A stretch of 64,000 bases of DNA from a virus, in the IMG/VR virus record IMGVR_UViG_3300042197_004075, positions 1 through 64,000 of that record. One strand, 5' to 3'. Under the pieces are notes generated by a model that had not been told where the DNA came from, ran no database searches, and saw only the letters and a list, made by a program, of their open reading frames with translations. Below, piece after piece: positions 58,323 through 64,000 of this stretch (within the stretch, counting starts at the first letter, position 1; each line of letters opens with the position of its first letter). Both the position numbers and the translations under genes were made by a program.

Positions 58323-59209
58323 TTTTTTATCTGAAAGTTAATTTCTTCAACAATATCATTTGGCATAAAATTAGAAATGAAATTAAACAAAACTTCAGCA
58401 GATTTATAATCGCACTCGTTAATTGTTTTTGTTACAAAGTTGAGATCATATCCAAAACATTCATATGCTTGACTTGGATCGGAATCATACAAATCACGAA
58501 TATTAAATGTCCAAAATTTCTGCCACATGTCATTATTCATAAATTCAAATACAAATTCACAAATTCTATATATCAATCCACAATATTCAGGTTTTCTTGT
58601 CCACCAAGATGATAACACTCTGTATTCAATTCCATATGGTTTAATTCTAAAAGACCCAGCTTTGCCGAAAAATTTTCGTCTATCTTTTTGTGTCTGATCC
58701 TTTTCAACCAATAGACTTGAAATGCCTAAAAATAAATCAAGCATATAAACAAAAAGTGGATATTTTGTTTTGTCAGAAATTGAATCGGTGCTTGTACCGC
58801 TCAAATGCAAATGACCACCGCTTGTTCTCATGCAAGTGTTTTTAAGAGCATCTTGAATAAAATAATTTGGTTGCATGTTGTACGCATTGTACTCTATATC
58901 ACAAGCTACAACTTGTGACTTTGAATCGCTCATGAATTCAGGATTAAAATAAGTTGAAGCACTTGTATCAAGAAAGTGTGGCCGAATATTTGATTCAGCA
59001 AAATTAATACCACTTTCAATATTTTCTATAAATTCTCGTATTGATTTACAAGGTGGAATATTGAACTCTAACAAAACATTATCAAAGTATAGTTTTATGT
59101 CCTGATTTGAAATTGGATTATTTTTATCATGATCAATAACTGTATAGGCTGGAATAACATCGCCTAAAGAATTTCTTACAAAAAATTCAACATCAGAACC
59201 GATGATCAT
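58319..59209 (-). CDS. phiEco32-like COOH-NH2 ligase type 2 (amidoligase)
   Basis: IGSDVEFF, DNVLLEFN, CD..YNAY, RTSGGHLH, RR..FG.AG.FR.KPYGIEYRVLS.WW. Confidence 0.88.
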   Translation of the reverse strand: MIIGSDVEFFVRNSLGDVIPAYTVIDHDKNNPISNQDIKLYFDNVLLEFNIPPCKSIREFIENIESGINFAESNIRPHFLDTSASTYFNPEFMSDSKSQVVACDIEYNAYNMQPNYFIQDALKNTCMRTSGGHLHLSGTSTDSISDKTKYPLFVYMLDLFLGISSLLVEKDQTQKDRRKFFGKAGSFRIKPYGIEYRVLSSWWTRKPEYCGLIYRICEFVFEFMNNDMWQKFWTFNIRDLYDSDPSQAYECFGYDLNFVTKTINECDYKSAEVLFNFISNFMPNDIVEEINFQIKK

Positions 59210-59277
59210 GATATTATCTCCCGGTTTCTAAATAATATAGAACAGAAAATTGTTTTTAGACAGTAAATTATATTACT

Positions 59278-60084
59278 ATGATTCAATCAACAGATTTAGC
59301 TTTTGTGTTTAGCGGTGGATCAAGCAATTTCAAACCTAATCTTTCATTAGGTGGTGACCCATCCAGCGTCGAAATCGGAAATATTGGAAATAATCTATTC
59401 AATTCATTAAGTGATGCCCAATTACAGGATGGTATTGTTGATTATAGATGTTTGTACATTTTTAACCAAAGTGAATTTGATACATTTTATTTACCAAAAA
59501 TGTTTATTATCAACAACAGCGAATGTTTTTGTCAAATAGGAGCTACAGTTGCAAACGAATTGCAAAAGATAACAATTTCTGGCAATCCAACAAGTGGAAC
59601 ATTTACACTTATTTTTGACATTCACACATTATTAATTAATTTTTCAACAGATGTTTCTGTGTTACAATCAAATATACAAACTGCATTTGATGGTATTGGA
59701 TATACTGGAGTGGTGGTAACAGTAACCGGGAAAGATTGTGCATATTTTATTGATGTAAGTTTTGAAGGTGTTGATGGGTTTAAGTACCAACCACTTATAG
59801 AATTATCAGCAAATAATTTGACTCCAGAACCAATAATATTTATAAATAGAGAAGTGGCTGGATCACCAATTAATACCATATCAGTAACAACTTCCAACAC
59901 GACTACACCACCAGAGGGTATTCAATTTATAACATATACTGATGGAAACCCTTTGATATTAACAAGCCTTAAACCATTAGAGGGAGTTCCTATATGGCTT
60001 CAGAGAATAATACCAGCTGGGCAAAAAGATGCTGTAAATCAGCAATTTACTTTTGTTATAAGAGGAAAAGGTTGTGCTTCATAG
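59278..60084 (+). CDS. Probable virion structural protein
   Basis: SGG.SN..P..SLGG, NLF, DYRCLY..N, NE.Q.ITI.G.PT.GTFTL, PIWL.R. Confidence 0.7.
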   Translation: MIQSTDLAFVFSGGSSNFKPNLSLGGDPSSVEIGNIGNNLFNSLSDAQLQDGIVDYRCLYIFNQSEFDTFYLPKMFIINNSECFCQIGATVANELQKITISGNPTSGTFTLIFDIHTLLINFSTDVSVLQSNIQTAFDGIGYTGVVVTVTGKDCAYFIDVSFEGVDGFKYQPLIELSANNLTPEPIIFINREVAGSPINTISVTTSNTTTPPEGIQFITYTDGNPLILTSLKPLEGVPIWLQRIIPAGQKDAVNQQFTFVIRGKGCAS

Positions 60085-60560
60085 GCCTAGCTCTAATTGC
60101 GGTTTTTTATATTATATTACCCAAAAATCAAAATTGTAATTTTGAAGATTTCTATTGTTTATCTTCAGATGATTCAGCAAACGAAGATAGATTGGTCAGA
60201 ATATTTGATAAGAAGCAAATTCCTCTTAAAACAACAGAAGTAGACAAAGATGTAAAAGAAGATTTTCTTAATCTATTTTATTTGAATAGGTTCGGGAAAA
60301 ACGAGGTTACAATAAATGGAAATAAAGTAAAAGTTTCTGATCTTGATGAACATGTAAGAGATTATATTTGGTTATTAAAGGCAAAGAAATTTAAGCAAAA
60401 GTTGTATCAAAATTTTCAAAAAAATGGAATTTATGATTATATTAAACATTTGCCTTATAATAAATTCGTTGATTCAATTGCTGATTGTAAAATAAATTCA
60501 CTTTTTTCATCTGAACTTTATGCAATTGACAAAGAACTATTGAGTAAAATAAATGAATAG
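59994..60560 (+). CDS. Hypothetical protein with N-terminal membrane anchor (true start probably near 60070)
   Basis: LCFIGLALIAVFYIIL hydrophobic segment. Confidence 0.6.
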   Translation: MASENNTSWAKRCCKSAIYFCYKRKRLCFIGLALIAVFYIILPKNQNCNFEDFYCLSSDDSANEDRLVRIFDKKQIPLKTTEVDKDVKEDFLNLFYLNRFGKNEVTINGNKVKVSDLDEHVRDYIWLLKAKKFKQKLYQNFQKNGIYDYIKHLPYNKFVDSIADCKINSLFSSELYAIDKELLSKINE

Positions 60561-60819
60561 AAAAAAATGTCCAAATTGCAATGCTGATTTTGCATTTTTG
60601 ATGCAAAAAAGTAGATTAGGTTGTGCTTTTTGTTATACTACATTTAGTGATGAAATTATTTGGCATTTGCGTAAGTTACAAAAAGGCAAAACAGAACATA
60701 AAGGCAAGATGCCACAAAAATATGATGATCCTGTGGAAGTATTTTTCAAAAAATGTGTTGAAAATTCATTTCTAGGCGATCATGATAAAAAAGTAATATT
60801 GAAAGAATGTGGTTTGTAA
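60553..60819 (+). CDS. McsA-like Zn-binding mini-protein
   Basis: CPNC...F......RLGCAFCYTTF...I...LR..Q....EHKGKMP matches the central domain of McsA. Confidence 0.75.
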   Translation: MNRKKCPNCNADFAFLMQKSRLGCAFCYTTFSDEIIWHLRKLQKGKTEHKGKMPQKYDDPVEVFFKKCVENSFLGDHDKKVILKECGL

Positions 60820-60876
60820 GAAGATTAATTGTTGGAAAATAGTACTATATACATTTAGTCTTTAATATATAATACT

Positions 60877-61479
60877 ATGGGCACAAATACTTATACAGAG
60901 CTAAATTGCGGTTCCGGCGGCTCCATTATGGACGAGTTCGGAATTGACTATGGAGATGTTACCCCATTACCAGATGCTTGCGCCCCTGTGGCACCGGGCA
61001 CAACTGTATTGCGTCGAAGAGCAAAAGTTGTTATAAGTGGTGCAAATTTAAGCGAAGTTACCACAGTTAGCGACAGTAATTTAAACGGCAATGAATATGG
61101 TTTATCAATTAAATCAATAGAACGGGCTTATACAACACCAATTAATGACTTTGATCAAGCAACTTCAGTAAGTCCAGACGATGGGTCGGATACATTCACA
61201 TCCGTGTCTTCATACACAGTACCTTCTGCTAAAACATTTGTATTCCAAGGTGCTGTGGTCGGAGGTGATATTGGTGCAAAATTTAGAATCCAAAAAAATT
61301 CTACAACTTTATTTGTTGTAAGAACAACAAATGCGAATACAACCAATAGTCTTATGTTTAAAACACCACCATTTGAAGCAACAGCAACCGATGTAATTAC
61401 AATTGAAGTAATTTATTATAATGACAATTCCAGCATTTTAGCAGATTTTGAAGCAACAATTATGGGGTATATTTTTTAA
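60877..61479 (+). CDS. Probable virion structural protein
   Basis: TATATA 5 nt upstream; YTVP..K, S/T-rich beta composition. Confidence 0.65.
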   Translation: MGTNTYTELNCGSGGSIMDEFGIDYGDVTPLPDACAPVAPGTTVLRRRAKVVISGANLSEVTTVSDSNLNGNEYGLSIKSIERAYTTPINDFDQATSVSPDDGSDTFTSVSSYTVPSAKTFVFQGAVVGGDIGAKFRIQKNSTTLFVVRTTNANTTNSLMFKTPPFEATATDVITIEVIYYNDNSSILADFEATIMGYIF

Positions 61480-61497
61480 TTTATAATAAGTTATATT

Positions 61498-61992
61498 ATG
61501 ACAACAGAAGAATTTGCTATGTGGTTCGATAAAATTGAAGCTGTACAAGTAGTAAAGCTTGAACCAGACAGAGTTTTTTTCTCTTTAGGTAGCGAAAATT
61601 TAATTAAAAAAATAACAAAAACATGTGATGAGTCAGATAATTTTCTTTCTATTCATTATGACAAGGATGGGATTGTATTTTGCATTCATAATCACAAATT
61701 GCAAATGTTTGTAGATATATGGGAAAATAGAACTACTATTACAAAATATGGAACACCGGATTTGTCTCTTGTGACAACAAAACAGATGATGAATGAATTG
61801 AAAAAAAGGCAAAATATTTCATTTGTTTTTATTATGACTGACAATGTAAATTCTAATAATATTATCCTTGAAGCATCTGGTAATCCAACATATTTATGTG
61901 GTCTATTGGCAAGAGGTCAGCACTTAGCAAATAAGTTTGCAGAAAAAGATTTAAGATATCAGACCGATGACGAAGATACATCTGAAACTTGA
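61498..61992 (+). CDS. Hypothetical protein
   Basis: 164-aa ORF. Confidence 0.7.
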   Translation: MTTEEFAMWFDKIEAVQVVKLEPDRVFFSLGSENLIKKITKTCDESDNFLSIHYDKDGIVFCIHNHKLQMFVDIWENRTTITKYGTPDLSLVTTKQMMNELKKRQNISFVFIMTDNVNSNNIILEASGNPTYLCGLLARGQHLANKFAEKDLRYQTDDEDTSET

Positions 61993-62312
61993 TTTTCATT
62001 TATAAATTCATCAAGTTCATCTTTTATAATTAGTTGTCTTATTTTTTCAATTGCAAGTTCTTGTTCTTCAATAGTAAAATCCTTGTTTTGCATAGCGGGA
62101 TAAACTTGATTTTTAAGAAATTTTTTATATAAAAATCCTTTTTTTCGTGCGCTATTTTTTATAAGTGCTTTACTCATCTTGCAATTTTTATACATAAATA
62201 AAAATAGCTCAAGGGATATACTTACAATTGTTAAAATTAAAATCGATGACATTTTGTCATCTTGATCAAACTCTTTATACAACTTGGCTTTAAGTTTGTT
62301 TTCATCGTACAT
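61959..62312 (-). CDS. Hypothetical protein with one TM segment
   Basis: AGGAG RBS before MYDEN; ILILTIVSISLELFLFM. Confidence 0.65.
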   Translation of the reverse strand: MYDENKLKAKLYKEFDQDDKMSSILILTIVSISLELFLFMYKNCKMSKALIKNSARKKGFLYKKFLKNQVYPAMQNKDFTIEEQELAIEKIRQLIIKDELDEFINENQVSDVSSSSV

Positions 62313-62348
62313 AAAAATTTCTCCTTTGGTTTTCACTATTTTAGTGTT

Positions 62349-63569
62349 ATGAACCAAAACCTTTTTACAACTTTGCTTGCTTTTGCAACCATATCTATTA
62401 GCGCATGGGCAATTTTCAAGTATGTTATTTTACTTGAAATCCGTATCGAACCAGCAATTTTCAAAAAAATCTATGAGGCAAGTAATCATAGCTGGAAACT
62501 TGTTTTTGCAGAAGAAGTAAAAATTGAAAACAGAATTCCTGTGGAATATTCGTCAATATTAAAATTTAACAAATATCCATATTTTTATTTAACCCATTCT
62601 GAAAGACTATTGAATGCTGGCTGGCATGGCAAAGATCATATTAGCAAAATCATTTGTTTTCGTTGGAATTATACTGGTATCGCCAAATTTATCAGAGATC
62701 TGGTTTCAAACAAATTACAAATATCTTGTGAAGTGCCAGTTTATGTGATCACACCAAACTTTGTTGATAGTATTGGAAAAATTAAAACATCAACTTTACA
62801 ACCTATTCAACCTAAACCTTTTTGGAAAGATCTTGAAGATCATGTTACTGAGACACTTGATAAACCAAATACAAAATTTGGTTTTATTCTTTATGGGTCA
62901 CCGGGAAATGGAAAAACAAGTTTTATCAAATATTTGGCCGATAAGCACAAGCTGCCGATTTACTACATAACATTTTCACCAGAATATGATAATTTTTCAA
63001 TTATGATGTTATTCGCACAAATACCTCCGAGAAGCATGATTATTTTAGAAGATTTTGATAGTTACTTTGATAAAAGAACATGCATTATGCAAAATAATTT
63101 TGCTGGTTCAACAACAGGAGCAAGATTTACATTTGACACGATTCTAAATAGTTTGGATGGTGTCTATACATCTTTTGATAGAAATATATTTATATTAACT
63201 GCAAATAATATAGAAAAAATTGATGACGCACTCAAGTTTAGACCATCACGATTCAAGATTGTAAGAGAATTTAAGAATCCAACACAAGAAACGATACAAA
63301 ACTTTTTACAACCTTCGTGGGCAAAAAACGCTCCAGATGTCAATTATGACCAATTAATCCGCTTGACCGAATTTCAAAATCAAAAGGTTAAATTTACCAA
63401 AGCACTTTATATGTTGTCTTTGCCTCTTCCAAAAAAAGTATACGAGATTGCAGAAAGAATCCATGAAAATAAAGTTAAATCACATATAAATAGTAATGAT
63501 TTAGAAAATTTCCTACAAGCATGTAGCGAGTATGATAATATTATAGAATGGGAAAAAAATGAGGCGTAA
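62349..63569 (+). CDS. Membrane-anchored AAA ATPase, BCS1-like
   Basis: N-terminal TM, GFILYGSPGNGKTSFIK.LA, IILEDFD, TF..ILNSLDG, TAN....ID.AL..RP.RF. Confidence 0.8.
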   Translation: MNQNLFTTLLAFATISISAWAIFKYVILLEIRIEPAIFKKIYEASNHSWKLVFAEEVKIENRIPVEYSSILKFNKYPYFYLTHSERLLNAGWHGKDHISKIICFRWNYTGIAKFIRDLVSNKLQISCEVPVYVITPNFVDSIGKIKTSTLQPIQPKPFWKDLEDHVTETLDKPNTKFGFILYGSPGNGKTSFIKYLADKHKLPIYYITFSPEYDNFSIMMLFAQIPPRSMIILEDFDSYFDKRTCIMQNNFAGSTTGARFTFDTILNSLDGVYTSFDRNIFILTANNIEKIDDALKFRPSRFKIVREFKNPTQETIQNFLQPSWAKNAPDVNYDQLIRLTEFQNQKVKFTKALYMLSLPLPKKVYEIAERIHENKVKSHINSNDLENFLQACSEYDNIIEWEKNEA

Positions 63570-64000
63570 TATATCTGAAATATTTCTTGAAAATTATAAT
63601 TATGCATTATCAACTTCTATAAATAATTCAAGTTGGCAAGAAAAAATAACACAATATCCTGAAATACTATCAGATTATTTAGAAACAACAAAAACAATTG
63701 ATATAGTTGGTGATAATTTAGATGTTCAAAATTTAATTGAATATAAAAACAAAAATAAACTTAAATTTATTTCTCCAAAAGTACTTTACTTGAACAACAA
63801 TAAAAAAGAAATAGCAAAAAAATTGATCAACAATGTATTTCAAAAGACATCTTATTTTGCACATATAATAAAAAATCTTTTAGATGAATTTGGAGATAAC
63901 AAAAGAAAATTTGCAAATTATAAAATAATACCATATCCAGAAGAACCGGCAGATACATATTTCCCCATTAAAAAATTCAAAATTAATTCGGATATCGGCA
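63559..64000 (+). CDS. Hypothetical protein, truncated by window edge
   Basis: Hand-read open frame MRRNISEIFLENY... with no stop before the window end. Confidence 0.65.
   Translation, partial: MRRNISEIFLENYNYALSTSINNSSWQEKITQYPEILSDYLETTKTIDIVGDNLDVQNLIEYKNKNKLKFISPKVLYLNNNKKEIAKKLINNVFQKTSYFAHIIKNLLDEFGDNKRKFANYKIIPYPEEPADTYFPIKKFKINSDIG

Noticed and set aside
1-64000. Stop-codon reassignment as in some large phages
   Set aside because: Conserved genes are full length under code 11, and TAA, TAG and TGA all end genes at sensible positions

Overview
AT-rich segment of a large T4-like (myovirus, probably jumbo) dsDNA bacteriophage genome. It uses the standard genetic code and is densely coding on both strands. 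Left half, nucleotide metabolism and replication/recombination: ThyX (partial), dNMP kinase, Ski2/Hel308-like helicase, intein-containing RecA/UvsX, gp32-like SSB, dCMP deaminase, UvsY-like, gp41-like helicase, a small family A DNA polymerase, UvsW, Dda-like helicase, Mre11/Rad50 (gp47/gp46), intein-containing class II RNR and a Holliday junction resolvase. Right half, scattered virion genes: tail assembly chaperone, gp55-like late sigma, two tail tubes, sheath, and gp15/gp14/gp13-like proteins. Accessory enzymes include Ntn amidotransferase, COOH-NH2 ligase, MoxR/VWA, TPR-glycosyltransferase, methyltransferases, McsA-like and BCS1-like AAA. No capsid, portal, terminase, tRNA or CRISPR array was recognised. 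Main unexplained structure: (1) about 14 unrelated ORFans with a T4 capsid-targeting-like N-terminus, driven by TA(A/T)ATA late promoters, some bidirectional and nearly leaderless; (2) an origin-like element at 17587-17863 with 25-bp inverted repeats, twin GAA-loop hairpins and 9-bp iterons; (3) a predicted -1 frameshift in the tail chaperone; (4) a 12-Cys lipoprotein missing from the ORF track; (5) a possible split Pol-theta-like pair (Hel308-like helicase plus PolA). All assignments are by eye from motifs, with no database search. Several starts were moved from the ORF track to the likelier ATG.
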